Shown in pieces: positions 39,074 through 48,571 of a stretch of 64,000 bases of DNA (the first letter of the stretch is position 1; the number at the start of each line of letters is the position of its first letter). The DNA is from an uncultured Chloroflexia bacterium (GTDB lineage: Bacteria > Chloroflexota > Chloroflexia > QHBQ01 > JADMIH01). The position numbers were made by a program, and so were the translations under genes. Under the pieces are notes generated by a model. That model ran no database searches and was not told the DNA's origin. It was given only the letters and a program-made list of their open reading frames with translations. The stretch spans positions 704,001-768,000 of the forward strand of contig CAWCNY010000002.1 in assembly GCA_963797095.1 (NCBI GenBank), given 5' to 3'.

Positions 39074-39261
39074 GCCTCATCTTCCTCAGGCGTATCCCAG
39101 TCTTTGGCTAACACTCGCTCCGAAGCAAGCATCGTTTGGTATGCTTCGGAACTTTCTTGCTTCCATATGAGATAATCTACAAAATCAAGTACTGTAGCCA
39201 ACTTGTCAGGCGGTAATTGCCTGAGCCGTTCTTCTATCTCTGTTATTGTGGATTGCTCCAT
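39058..39261 (-). CDS. Cognate antitoxin (DUF2281-like)
   Basis: LRQLPPDKLATVLDFVDYL..LASERVLAKDWDTPEEDEAWAHL; overlaps the toxin start. Confidence 0.85.
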   Translation of the reverse strand: MEQSTITEIEERLRQLPPDKLATVLDFVDYLIWKQESSEAYQTMLASERVLAKDWDTPEEDEAWAHL

Positions 39262-39303
39262 AATCTAGCCTCCTTGATCCATATTATACAACTCCGATTA
39301 GCC

Positions 39304-42135
39304 CTACCTCTCCTCCTTAGCCCTCTTATTCAACTCGTACAACACTCCCAAAGCCTCCAAAGGCGACATCTCCTCCGGCCTCAACCCCCTTAGCTCCTCC
39401 CGCAACGGGTCAGGTCCCATCACAGTCCCAAAGCTCATCTGCAACTGCCCCCCGCCATCTGCCGGGGCCTGCATCGCCTTCCTCCTGACTTCTTTCCCCC
39501 CGCCCTTCTCCAGATCCCCCAGGATATCCTCCGCCCGCCTCAAAATCGCCCTCGGCAGCCCTGCCAGCCGCGCCACGTGTATCCCATACGACCTATCCGC
39601 CCCGCCCGGCACGATCTTGTGCAAAAACACCACCCGCTCCCCATCCTCCGCCACCGCCACGTTATAGTTCTTCACCCTCGGCAGGATCTTCTCCATCTCC
39701 GTCAGCTCATGGTAGTGCGTCGCAAACAGTGTCTTAGCCCCCAGCCGCGGCGAATTGTGTATATACTCTACAACCGCCCGCGCGATCGCCAGCCCGTCAT
39801 ACGTAGATGTCCCCCGCCCGATCTCGTCCAAAATCACCAGCGACCTGTGCGTTGCATGATTCAAAATATTCGCCGTCTCCTCCATCTCCACCATAAACGT
39901 GCTTCTTCCGGTCGCGATATCGTCCTGCGCCCCCACCCTCGTAAAGATCCTGTCCACCAACCCAATCGACGCTTCCTCGGCGGGCACAAACGACCCCACC
40001 TGCGCCATCAACACGATCAGCGCCACCTGCTTGATATACACACTCTTCCCCGCCATATTCGGCCCCGTCAGCAACACAATAGCGGGCCCTCCCGCCCCGC
40101 TATCCAAATGCGCATCGTTCGGCACGAACTGCTCGTCCCGCAACGTCCGCTCCACCACTGGGTGCCGCCCCTCCCTGATCTCGATCACCGTCCCATCGTC
40201 CAGCCTCGGCCTCACATACCCGTTCCGCACCGCCACCTCCGCCAGCCCCCCGAACACGTCCAGCAGCGCCAGCGACTCCGACACCTGCATCAGCTTCGGC
40301 GCGCACGCCGCCACCTCCCTCAGCACCCTCCCGAACGCCTCTCGCTCCAACTCCACCAGCCTCCCCTGCGCGTTCAAGATCAGGTTCTCATACTCCTTCA
40401 ACTCAGGCGTCACATACCTCTCAGCCCCCACCAGCGTCTGCTTCCTTATATAATCCCTCGGCACCGCCTCCTTATTGGCGTTCGACACCTCGATGTAATA
40501 CCCGAACACCTTGTTATACCCAACCTTCAACCCCTTGATCCCCGTCTTCTCCTTCTCCGCCGCCTCCAATCCCGCGATCCACCCTTTCGCATCCCTCGAA
40601 GCCGACCTCAAAGTATCCAATTCCGGGCTGAACCCCGCCCTGATAGCGTCCCCCGTCCCAAGCAGCGCTGGCGGGTCATCCGCGATAGCGCTCCCGATCA
40701 ACTCGCTAACGTCATCGCACTCCTGTATCCGGTTCACCAGCGCGCCCAGCACCCTCCTCGGGTCATGCTCTGCACTCCCCGTTCCCTTTCTCAATTCCGA
40801 ACTCCGAACTCCGCGCTCCGCACTGGGCAATAGCTTCCTTATCGTGGGCAACCTATCCACAGCCAGCTTCAGCGCCACCATCTCCTTCGGCCCTGCCGTC
40901 CCCTGCACCGCCCGCGTCACTAACCTCTCCATATCGGGCAAATCCTTAAGCGCCGCCCGCAACTCGGCCCGCATCACCGCATCCAACACGAACGCCTCTA
41001 GCGCATCCAGCCGCGCGTTCAACCTCCCCAGGTCCAATAAAGGCTGCCCAAGCCACCTCCCCAACAACCTCGATCCCATGGGCGTGCGTGTCTCGTCTAT
41101 CACCCACACCAGCGAATTCCGCCTCCCCCCATCTCCCCCCGGTCCCTCCGCGATCTCCAGATTCCTCCTGGTATGCGGGTCCAGTGTCATGTACTGCTCG
41201 GTCGAATAAGTAACCAGCCGCGTCAACTGGCTCAGCGCCGCCTTGTTATTCTCCCCGATATACCCAAGCAACGCCCCCGCCGCCCGAATAGCCAGCGGCA
41301 GCCGCGCGCACCCATACGCCTCCAACGACGTAGCCCCAAAATGCCTCAACAATCTCCCCCGCGCCCGGTCCAGCACCCAATCCCCCGCCTCGGTCCTCGT
41401 TATCGCCGAGTGATCCTGATACGCAATACGTGATACATGCCCATTCTCCGACTTCCGACTACCGACTACCGAATACCCTCCTTCGTCTTCCTCCTCCGGC
41501 ATCAGCAACTCCGCTGGCCTCAGCCTATCGATCTCCTCCCCTACCGCCGTCTCCAACTCCGCCCCATTCTTCCGTATCTCCGTGGTGGCAAACTCGCCCG
41601 TAGTGATATCTGCATAAGCGACCCCCGCTCCCTCACTCTCTACTACCACCGCCACCAAATAGTTGTTCTTCTTCGCGTCCAGCATCCCCGGCTCTGTCAC
41701 CGTCCCAGGCGTGATCACCCGCACCACATCTCTCTCCACAAGCTCCTTCTTCCCACCCACCTGGTAATTCGGCACTCCTGCCTCAAGCCTGTTCGTCGTG
41801 ATGCTCAACTCCTTCTTCCCCAGCCTGATCCTCCGCGCCGCCGTCTCCTCGTCCACGCTGGGCGCGCTCAACTGCTCGGCCACCGCCACCTTATACCCCG
41901 CCTGGACCAGCCGCGAAATATACCCCTCCGCTGAGTGATACGGAACCCCTGCCATCGGGATCCTCTCGTCCTTCGAAGTAGGCCGCGAAGTGAGTACCAC
42001 ATCACAAACCCGCGCCACAATAGCCGCATCATCGTCAAACGTCTCATAAAAATCCCCCAACCGGAAAAACACGATCGTATCGGGGTACTGGCTCTTGATC
42101 TTAAGATACTGTCGTCTCAAGGGTGTTTCAGCCAC
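39304..42135 (-). CDS. mutS: DNA mismatch repair protein MutS
   Basis: TPLRRQY, FFRLGDFYETF, MAGVPYH, TGPNMAGKS, GRSTFMVEM, ILDEIGRGTSTYDG, FATHYHEL, SYGIHVARLAGLP. Confidence 0.98.
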   Translation of the reverse strand: MAETPLRRQYLKIKSQYPDTIVFFRLGDFYETFDDDAAIVARVCDVVLTSRPTSKDERIPMAGVPYHSAEGYISRLVQAGYKVAVAEQLSAPSVDEETAARRIRLGKKELSITTNRLEAGVPNYQVGGKKELVERDVVRVITPGTVTEPGMLDAKKNNYLVAVVVESEGAGVAYADITTGEFATTEIRKNGAELETAVGEEIDRLRPAELLMPEEEDEGGYSVVGSRKSENGHVSRIAYQDHSAITRTEAGDWVLDRARGRLLRHFGATSLEAYGCARLPLAIRAAGALLGYIGENNKAALSQLTRLVTYSTEQYMTLDPHTRRNLEIAEGPGGDGGRRNSLVWVIDETRTPMGSRLLGRWLGQPLLDLGRLNARLDALEAFVLDAVMRAELRAALKDLPDMERLVTRAVQGTAGPKEMVALKLAVDRLPTIRKLLPSAERGVRSSELRKGTGSAEHDPRRVLGALVNRIQECDDVSELIGSAIADDPPALLGTGDAIRAGFSPELDTLRSASRDAKGWIAGLEAAEKEKTGIKGLKVGYNKVFGYYIEVSNANKEAVPRDYIRKQTLVGAERYVTPELKEYENLILNAQGRLVELEREAFGRVLREVAACAPKLMQVSESLALLDVFGGLAEVAVRNGYVRPRLDDGTVIEIREGRHPVVERTLRDEQFVPNDAHLDSGAGGPAIVLLTGPNMAGKSVYIKQVALIVLMAQVGSFVPAEEASIGLVDRIFTRVGAQDDIATGRSTFMVEMEETANILNHATHRSLVILDEIGRGTSTYDGLAIARAVVEYIHNSPRLGAKTLFATHYHELTEMEKILPRVKNYNVAVAEDGERVVFLHKIVPGGADRSYGIHVARLAGLPRAILRRAEDILGDLEKGGGKEVRRKAMQAPADGGGQLQMSFGTVMGPDPLREELRGLRPEEMSPLEALGVLYELNKRAKEER

Positions 42136-42239
42136 GAAATAGCCCTTCCGTTCTACTCAGGATGCCCTTAATATAACACACCTCTCCCGAGCCGGACTAT
42201 GCCACATCCCACGACCTGATCAATGTGTATCTCCCCCAA

Positions 42240-42728
42240 CTACCGGCTACCGTCTCCAACCACCGTACACGTAGCCTGCCGTATCTCTCCCAGATGATAC
42301 GCCGTATGCACCACGATAGCCCATGCGTTGCTCATCGCATCCCCATCCCAATCTTCAACCCCATTGATGATCTCCCGCACATTACTGTACTTATCCCTCA
42401 ACTTCCCCTTCAGCGCCTCCCACTCCCCATCCGTCACTTCGGTTAGCCACCAGCTTCCTGCCCAATCCACCTTGCCGGGGTCCTCCCCAGGCATGTACTT
42501 CGACAGCACATCCAGGTAAAACCACACGTGCTCCACCTGTCCCGCTATGCTCGCGCACTTTCCACCCACGCGCTTCGAAGCCTCCTCCGCCGTCACCGTC
42601 TCCAAAGTCTCAAACAGCGACGTTCCTCCATCCAGGTATATCCCGTACACCTTCTCGAAAGTCTCGTCCAGAAACTCGTTGAGGTTCTTGGTGAATTGCT
42701 CCACCGAAATCTGTCCCGCTACCTTCAT
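42240..42728 (-). CDS. DinB/YfiT-like four-helix protein
   Basis: SIAGQVEHV and HTAYHLGEIRQ metal-binding His pattern. Confidence 0.75.
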   Translation of the reverse strand: MKVAGQISVEQFTKNLNEFLDETFEKVYGIYLDGGTSLFETLETVTAEEASKRVGGKCASIAGQVEHVWFYLDVLSKYMPGEDPGKVDWAGSWWLTEVTDGEWEALKGKLRDKYSNVREIINGVEDWDGDAMSNAWAIVVHTAYHLGEIRQATCTVVGDGSR

Positions 42729-43135
42729 CTATTTACCTCTCCTTCAAATGAATAATCGAGCGTATAAGAGGCCGTGCTCCCGCTGAACGGAGGGATTTCC
42801 CCTTCGCCCCTCAAACCCGTCAACTCTCCAGTGCCCGACCCCGGCACCACCGACCACACCCCACCCGCCTTGCCGTTCTCAAACTTCCCCCTCAATTCCA
42901 GTACAAAGCTCCCCTCTCTCCCACCGACCTTGCCCTCCACCCTCTGCAACCCCACATAGGTCGCATTCTCCGCGTCAGGGTAAGCCATCAAATACTCCAC
43001 CCACGACTTCCCCTCGATATCCCCCTTAAGCTCAAACGTCACGCTGGCCTTAGTCAGCTTCTGCCCCTCCCCCTCATAATAAGCGCTCTCATCCCACGTC
43101 TTCATCTCAAAAGTCCCTGTACCATGCTCACCCAT
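42725..43135 (-). CDS. DUF3224 family protein
   Basis: GTFEMKTWDE..GDIEG..GREGSFVL..VVPGSGTGELTGLRG. Confidence 0.85.
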   Translation of the reverse strand: MGEHGTGTFEMKTWDESAYYEGEGQKLTKASVTFELKGDIEGKSWVEYLMAYPDAENATYVGLQRVEGKVGGREGSFVLELRGKFENGKAGGVWSVVPGSGTGELTGLRGEGEIPPFSGSTASYTLDYSFEGEVNR

Positions 43136-43263
43136 TGATACACCTCCTGCTTGTGAAACAAAACCTGTAGATCACCACTTTAGCACGAACAAACGTTCAA
43201 GTCATCAGCCTACAGCAGTAACTCATCCTGTCCAATCCGCACTCCGCATTCCGCACTCCGCAC

Positions 43264-44433
43264 TCACCCCACCTTCCTCCCCATTGCCCGCACTCCCCTG
43301 ATCTCCATATCCTCCTTCCCCACAACCACCACATCCCCGTCCATCCCTTCCCCAATCCTCCCCTTCGTCCCCAGCTTCAATACCGCCGCCGTGTTGCTCG
43401 TCCAGCAAGGCAATATCTCCTCCACCCCCAACCCGAAATCCCGCACACCCCGCACAAACGCATCCCACACGGTATGCACCCCCTTGCTGGTCCCCGCCCC
43501 GCCATCCGACGATACCGTCAGCTTATCCAACGGCCCCCCATTATCCCTGTAATGCAGATACAACTCCCCGAAATCATCGTCAATCGTATCCATATCCACG
43601 TAAGCCCCCCTCTTAGCCAGCCTGATTGCGTCCTCGATCAACTCCTTGCTCCGCGTAATATGCGTGGCATAAACCACCCGAGCCGGGATCTCCTCGTACT
43701 CGTCCAGCACCCTGTGCAATATCCCCAGCTTCTCCTTCCCCGCTCCCGTATGAAAATGCGTCACCCCTGCCTTCCCCGACATAGTCCCGCCCACCATCGC
43801 CTCCGACACGATCCGTGCCAGCTCTCCCACGCTCGGCTTCGACGACCTGTAATCCGCGATCGCGATCTCCCCCACCCCGATCACCTTGTCGATCACCACC
43901 ACATCATCCCTTACCGATCCCGTAAACGTCACAGTCGGCACCTGGAAGTTCCCTGTGTAGATCCACGTAGTGATCCCTCCCCTATCCTCACCTTCGCCCT
44001 CATCCTCCCCGTTCGGCTTCCAACCCTTCATCCCCACCCCCAACTCGCTCGCGAACGGCCCCCGGTCCCCGATCTCCAATGCCCGTGCCTTAGCCAGCAG
44101 TGAAGTCAAATGCCGGGTGGTCGCGTCCGTCCCCAACAGCCCCACCACCGTAGTGATCCCCGCCCTCACAATATCCCCCAACTCGATCTCCCCCATCCGC
44201 GTCTGCGGCCCTGCCTCTCCACCCGCCCCCAGGATATGCTGGTGCGGATCGATAAACCCCGGCAGCACCCAGCACCCTCCCGCCTCCACCACCTCCAACC
44301 CCAACCCCGTAGCCTCCAATGCCCTCCGGTCCACCTTCCCCACCTTCACAATTTTCCCGCCAGCCAACAGCAAGTCCACCCGCCCTATGGCCTCAGGTCC
44401 GAAAACCTCTCCGCCTCTGATCAAAGTAAACAT
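43264..44433 (-). CDS. iadA: Isoaspartyl dipeptidase (beta-aspartyl peptidase)-like amidohydrolase
   Basis: PGFIDPHQHILGAGGEAG, GITTVVGLLGTD, IDKVIGVGEIAIADYRSS, GKAGVTHFH, LTVSSDG. Confidence 0.82.
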   Translation of the reverse strand: MFTLIRGGEVFGPEAIGRVDLLLAGGKIVKVGKVDRRALEATGLGLEVVEAGGCWVLPGFIDPHQHILGAGGEAGPQTRMGEIELGDIVRAGITTVVGLLGTDATTRHLTSLLAKARALEIGDRGPFASELGVGMKGWKPNGEDEGEGEDRGGITTWIYTGNFQVPTVTFTGSVRDDVVVIDKVIGVGEIAIADYRSSKPSVGELARIVSEAMVGGTMSGKAGVTHFHTGAGKEKLGILHRVLDEYEEIPARVVYATHITRSKELIEDAIRLAKRGAYVDMDTIDDDFGELYLHYRDNGGPLDKLTVSSDGGAGTSKGVHTVWDAFVRGVRDFGLGVEEILPCWTSNTAAVLKLGTKGRIGEGMDGDVVVVGKEDMEIRGVRAMGRKVG

Positions 44434-44729
44434 AGCCAAACCTCCCGGTACAATGTGCACCTTGTTAGAAACGCTTTCCTCTGTGTTGTATTATTGCTGT
44501 ATATTAGCCGTAGGGCTGCGCCTCTTCAACATCCTCCCCGCCTACCTGCCAATACTCCGGGGAGTATCATATGAATCATAGCTCCTCCCTTGAATATCTA
44601 CATTTTCTCCACAGCTACAGGTGCTGGCACAAATGTTACCATACCCGGAGGCCATTCTTGTAAGGATGGCACGACCCTTGCCTACACAATTGCAGGACCG
44701 GTCGGCCCAGGCGAAATTAGCCGCCGGCC

Positions 44730-45119
44730 ATGCCCGGAAGTGGAATGCTCATCAGGATTAAGCTACTGAAAACGATCCTCATAATCGAAGATGAGCGCGT
44801 CATCGCTGAAGTTATTAGCGCTGTGCTGGAAGACGAAGGATATCAGGTCCACATTGCCGACAACGGCAAGCAGGGCCTTGACCACCTTGAGGAAATCAAG
44901 CCTGACCTCGTGCTGTGTGATCTCATGATGCCCGTAGCCGACGGCAAAGCCGTTGCCCGCGCCATGTCCTCCGACCCTGCCTATCGCACCATCCCCCTCA
45001 TCCTGATGAGCGCAGACGGTTCAGCCCCCACAGAACCCGGTATCCACTACTCCGCCTTCCTTCGCAAACCCTTCGACCTCAACCAGCTAATCTCAGTAGT
45101 ACATCGCTGTGTAGCCTAA
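44730..45119 (+). CDS. Stand-alone response regulator receiver
   Basis: ILIIEDE, DLVLCDLMMP, LMSA, FLRKPF; start uncertain. Confidence 0.88.
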   Translation: MPGSGMLIRIKLLKTILIIEDERVIAEVISAVLEDEGYQVHIADNGKQGLDHLEEIKPDLVLCDLMMPVADGKAVARAMSSDPAYRTIPLILMSADGSAPTEPGIHYSAFLRKPFDLNQLISVVHRCVA

Positions 45120-45149
45120 CCAACCCTCCACTCACTCACACACAACAGT

Positions 45150-45299
45150 CACTCGCCACTCGCCACTCGCCACTCGCCACTCGTCCTCCGACTACCGACT
45201 ACCGACTACCGACTACCGACTACCGACTACCGACTACCGACTACCGACTACCGACTACCGACTACCGACTACCGACTACCGACTACCGACTACCGACTA
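45150..45299 (+). repeat. Heptamer tandem array (CACTCGC)4 CACTCGT followed by (CCGACTA)16
   Basis: Sixteen perfect CCGACTA units at 45188-45299. Confidence 0.97.
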
Positions 45300-45307
45300 C
45301 CACCCAA

Positions 45308-46381
45308 ATGCTCTCCCTCCCCCCCGACCTGGAATCCGCCATCGCCCAATCCCTTCGCTCTCTCCCCAGATCCCAATGGCAAGCCGCCGCCCGCCGCCTC
45401 AGCCGACACTACCGCGACCGCGAAACCACCATCCGCCACGGCACGCCTCCTTCCTCAATCCAAAATCCAAGATCTAAAATCCAAAATGAAGAGGCTCTGG
45501 GCTACGCAGCCTTCGTCCTCCCCGCCGCCTACGCCCAACTCTGGGGAGCCTTGCGCGCCACCGCCCTCCGCATCCCCTCCTTCCACCCCACCACCCTACT
45601 CGACCTCGGCTCCGGCCCCGGCACCGCCCTCTGGGCCGCCGTCGAACACTTCCCCTCTCTCACCACCCTCCATGCCTACGAGCGCGAGCCTGCCTTCATC
45701 TCCCTCGGCAAAACCCTCGCCCAATCCTCCCCCCACCCCGCCCTCCGCCAAGCCCACTGGCGCCAACTCACCTTCACCCACACCCACACCCTGCCCCTTC
45801 CCCCACCCAATAAGCAGTACGCAGTAAGCAATACGCAGTACGACCTGATCATCATCGCCCACGCCCTCAACGAGATGGACCCCTCCATCCGCGAAGCCCT
45901 CCTCCTCTCCGCCTGGGAGCAGTGTTCCGGCCTCCTTCTCATAGTCGAACCCGGCACCACCGCTGCCTTCCCTATCATCCTCCAGGCCCGCGACCTCCTA
46001 CTCTCTCACTCCGCCCATGTGATCGCTCCATGCGCCCACAACCTCCCCTGTCCCCTTCCCTCAGCCGATCCCAATGATTGGTGCCACTTCCCCCAGCGCC
46101 TCCAACGTCCCCAGTTCCAGCGCATCGCCAAAGAAGCCACCGCAGGCTGGGAAGAATCCAAGTTCTCCTACAGTGCCCTCGCCCGCTTCCCAGCCGAATC
46201 CCCCATCTGGGGCCGCCTCCTCCACCAACCCCAACAAACAAAAATCGGCGTAGACCTCACAGTCTCCGCCGTCGACACCACTATCCATCACCCCCACATC
46301 TCCAAACGCGACCGCCCACGCTACAAAGCCGCCTCCGATCTCCACTGGGGCGACCCCCTCGATGCCCCTATAGAATCGTAA
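45308..46381 (+). CDS. Rsm22-family SAM-dependent methyltransferase-like protein
   Basis: LLDLGSGPGTA, LLIVEPGT, IAPCAH..CP..WCHFPQRLQR, WEESKFSY. Confidence 0.88.
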   Translation: MLSLPPDLESAIAQSLRSLPRSQWQAAARRLSRHYRDRETTIRHGTPPSSIQNPRSKIQNEEALGYAAFVLPAAYAQLWGALRATALRIPSFHPTTLLDLGSGPGTALWAAVEHFPSLTTLHAYEREPAFISLGKTLAQSSPHPALRQAHWRQLTFTHTHTLPLPPPNKQYAVSNTQYDLIIIAHALNEMDPSIREALLLSAWEQCSGLLLIVEPGTTAAFPIILQARDLLLSHSAHVIAPCAHNLPCPLPSADPNDWCHFPQRLQRPQFQRIAKEATAGWEESKFSYSALARFPAESPIWGRLLHQPQQTKIGVDLTVSAVDTTIHHPHISKRDRPRYKAASDLHWGDPLDAPIES

Positions 46382-46390
46382 GCCGCATAC

Positions 46391-46504
46391 GAACATGAAA
46401 CATCCCGGATTTTAGATGCAGCTTCGCATAGGTACAACCTGATTCTAAAAAGGCAATAATGGCGGCGAAGTTGCCATCTTTGCCTTTTTAGGAAGCCCCT
46501 CCCC
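46391..46504. repeat. Dispersed hairpin/REP-like element, copy 3
   Basis: Colinear with 2634-2747 (GAACATGAAACATCC..TTTTAGAT.CAGCTTCGCA..TTCTAAAA..ATGGCGGCGAAG..GCCAT..TTTTAG..GCCCCTCCCC). Confidence 0.85.
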
Positions 46505-46526
46505 TTAGGTGGTGGGTCTTTGGTTG

Positions 46527-47360
46527 CTATGCTCTACCCAGCACATATCTCGCCCTACTGGGAATGCGATATCCGCCGCTCTCCGTCTTATAAGGCTCAA
46601 GCGCCTCTTTCACCAGAGGAAACACCATGTCCCTCCCGTAAGCCTTCAAAATCCTCACCCCCGGCGCGAACGACATCCCCCCTCGAAACGCCGTCTCCAG
46701 GTCGGGATACACCCAATCGCACTCCACCTCCTTCTCGTCGACTACCTCGATCCCAACCTCCCCCATAAACCGCGCTATAGCCTCAGGGTCCGAAAAGATC
46801 ACCCTCGGTGCCTTCGACCCCAGCCCCGATGTCTTCTCCCTCATCTCCATCAACTTCGAATAAAACGCCCCCATCCCGCCCGGCCCGCTGCTCCTTGCTC
46901 CTGTCAAAATCGCTACCATCCCACCCGGCTTGCTAACCCGCTTCATCTCCGCCAGCGTCCCCGCCGGGTCCATCGAATATTGCAAGGCACTGCAGCAACT
47001 CACCAGGTCGTACATTCCATCCCCAAACGGCAGTTGCTCCATCTCCCCCAGCCGTAAATCGCCCCCAGGCAGCCGCTCCCGCGCCACCTCCAATTGGCCC
47101 GTCGAAGCGTCCAACCCCGCCACCGAGGCCCCGCGCTCCTTCGCCAGCACCAGGAACAGCCCTGTTCCACACCCCACGTCCAGCACACTCTTTCCGGGCC
47201 CTACCTCGGCCTTCTCAAGTACCGTCTCAAAAATCGGGCGATTGGTCCCTTCCTGCGCCTCGGCCCAATCGCGCGCCGCCGCCCCCCAGGCTCCATCCCT
47301 TCCGGGCCTGGCATTCGTATTGACATAACTATTGGCACCATTACTATTTTCAATATTCAC
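46527..47360 (-). CDS. Class I SAM-dependent methyltransferase
   Basis: VLDVGCGTG, GLDAS, LPFGDGMYDLV, RVSKPGG. Confidence 0.9.
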   Translation of the reverse strand: MNIENSNGANSYVNTNARPGRDGAWGAAARDWAEAQEGTNRPIFETVLEKAEVGPGKSVLDVGCGTGLFLVLAKERGASVAGLDASTGQLEVARERLPGGDLRLGEMEQLPFGDGMYDLVSCCSALQYSMDPAGTLAEMKRVSKPGGMVAILTGARSSGPGGMGAFYSKLMEMREKTSGLGSKAPRVIFSDPEAIARFMGEVGIEVVDEKEVECDWVYPDLETAFRGGMSFAPGVRILKAYGRDMVFPLVKEALEPYKTESGGYRIPSRARYVLGRA

Positions 47361-47486
47361 AAGAAATCTCCCTTTCTTTCAAATCTCTAACAAGACAACA
47401 GGACCCCTTGCAAAGTCCCTCGTTCCCAACTATACCCTCCTCAACCCCCACTGCCTACCGACAAACAATCCGAAATCCGCTCCACC

Positions 47487-47586
47487 ACTCACCACCCACC
47501 ACCCACCACCCACCACCCACCACCCACCACCCACCGCTCGTCACTCGTCACTCGTCGCTAGTCACTCGTCCTCCGACTACCGACTA
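47487..47586 (+). repeat. Mixed heptamer array (CCACCAC/CCACCCA, CACTCGT, CCGACTA)
   Basis: Continuous 7-bp periodicity; the last unit contains the TAG stop of the AIM24 gene. Confidence 0.85.
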
Positions 47587-48495
47587 CCAATTACTCCAGG
47601 TAGCCTGCGAGCTCTTAACCAACCTGTTCCCCTTATCCTCCAGGTGCGCGAACGCCAACTCGATAGCGATCCGGCCCGGCCCGTACATCCGCAGCCAGAT
47701 ATACCGCTCGCCCCAGCTACGCCACGACCTCCACGTCCCGGCAGGCTTCTCAAAGTGCAGGTGCATCTGCACCGTATAATCTTTGAACAGCAGCGCGGTT
47801 GGCTTCACAAGGATTGTCTCTCCCTGCGCCAGCACCCGCGTGAACACATTCCCCTTCGCCTGTATCAGCACCAACCCCGGAGCCTGTGGCGCGTAAAACC
47901 TATCCATAAACATCCCCAGCGGATAATGCGTTTCCGTCTCATCCCCGTTTCGCGTAGTAAACCAGATATTCGAGTTGAACCAATCATAAGTAACCTGGCT
48001 GGTAGCCACCATAAACACATGCTCCCGCGTGTCTACGGCCTGCCCCGCCTGCAAAGGCAGCGCTATCACCTCGCCCGGCGCATCATGCGAGAACGCGATA
48101 TGCCCCGGCCCAACCGCCTCAGTCATAATAAGCGGCAGCCCCGCGAACAACCTCTTCCACCCTCCCTTCATCGACATCGACCTGATCGTAACCTGTGGCT
48201 CCTTCCACAGCAGCACATGGTGCGTAAAATACACGCTGTCCCCTGCCGCCAGGTTCATATCCGCCACCGGCACATACTTACCCTCGATCTGGCAGTGCGA
48301 CTGCCCGAATTGCAGCCGCGCCATATCCTTGATCCCAGGCATCTCCAGCCACCCACTCTGCGAAACGATCACCTTAATATCCACAGGCGCACCGCAAGAA
48401 GGACAGCTATCCGTAGTACCACTACTAACAGCCGCACAATAAGGACACCGGTAACTACGCACAGGCTGCTGCCCGGCCATTCCAACATCACCCAT
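47584..48495 (-). CDS. AIM24-family protein with N-terminal zinc ribbon
   Basis: CPYC..CPSCGAP, then AIM24-like GPGHIAFS, GPGRIAI. Confidence 0.85.
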   Translation of the reverse strand: MGDVGMAGQQPVRSYRCPYCAAVSSGTTDSCPSCGAPVDIKVIVSQSGWLEMPGIKDMARLQFGQSHCQIEGKYVPVADMNLAAGDSVYFTHHVLLWKEPQVTIRSMSMKGGWKRLFAGLPLIMTEAVGPGHIAFSHDAPGEVIALPLQAGQAVDTREHVFMVATSQVTYDWFNSNIWFTTRNGDETETHYPLGMFMDRFYAPQAPGLVLIQAKGNVFTRVLAQGETILVKPTALLFKDYTVQMHLHFEKPAGTWRSWRSWGERYIWLRMYGPGRIAIELAFAHLEDKGNRLVKSSQATWSNW

Positions 48496-48529
48496 AACAA
48501 CCTCCCAACTACCAACCATCAGCAACTGG

Positions 48530-48571
48530 TCACTCGTCACTCGTCACTCGTCACTCGTCACTCGTCACTCG
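48530..48571 (+). repeat. (CACTCGT)n heptamer array
   Basis: About six units directly abutting the stop codon at 48572-74. Confidence 0.9.

Noticed and set aside
39577-40833. Long Pro/His/Arg-rich plus-strand ORFs (also 47332-48600, 55960-57129, 50399-51220)
   Set aside because: Shadows of minus-strand genes caused by the C-rich skew suppressing stop codons
45188-45299. CRISPR or telomere-like array
   Set aside because: Pure 7-bp tandem repeat with no spacers, internal to the contig
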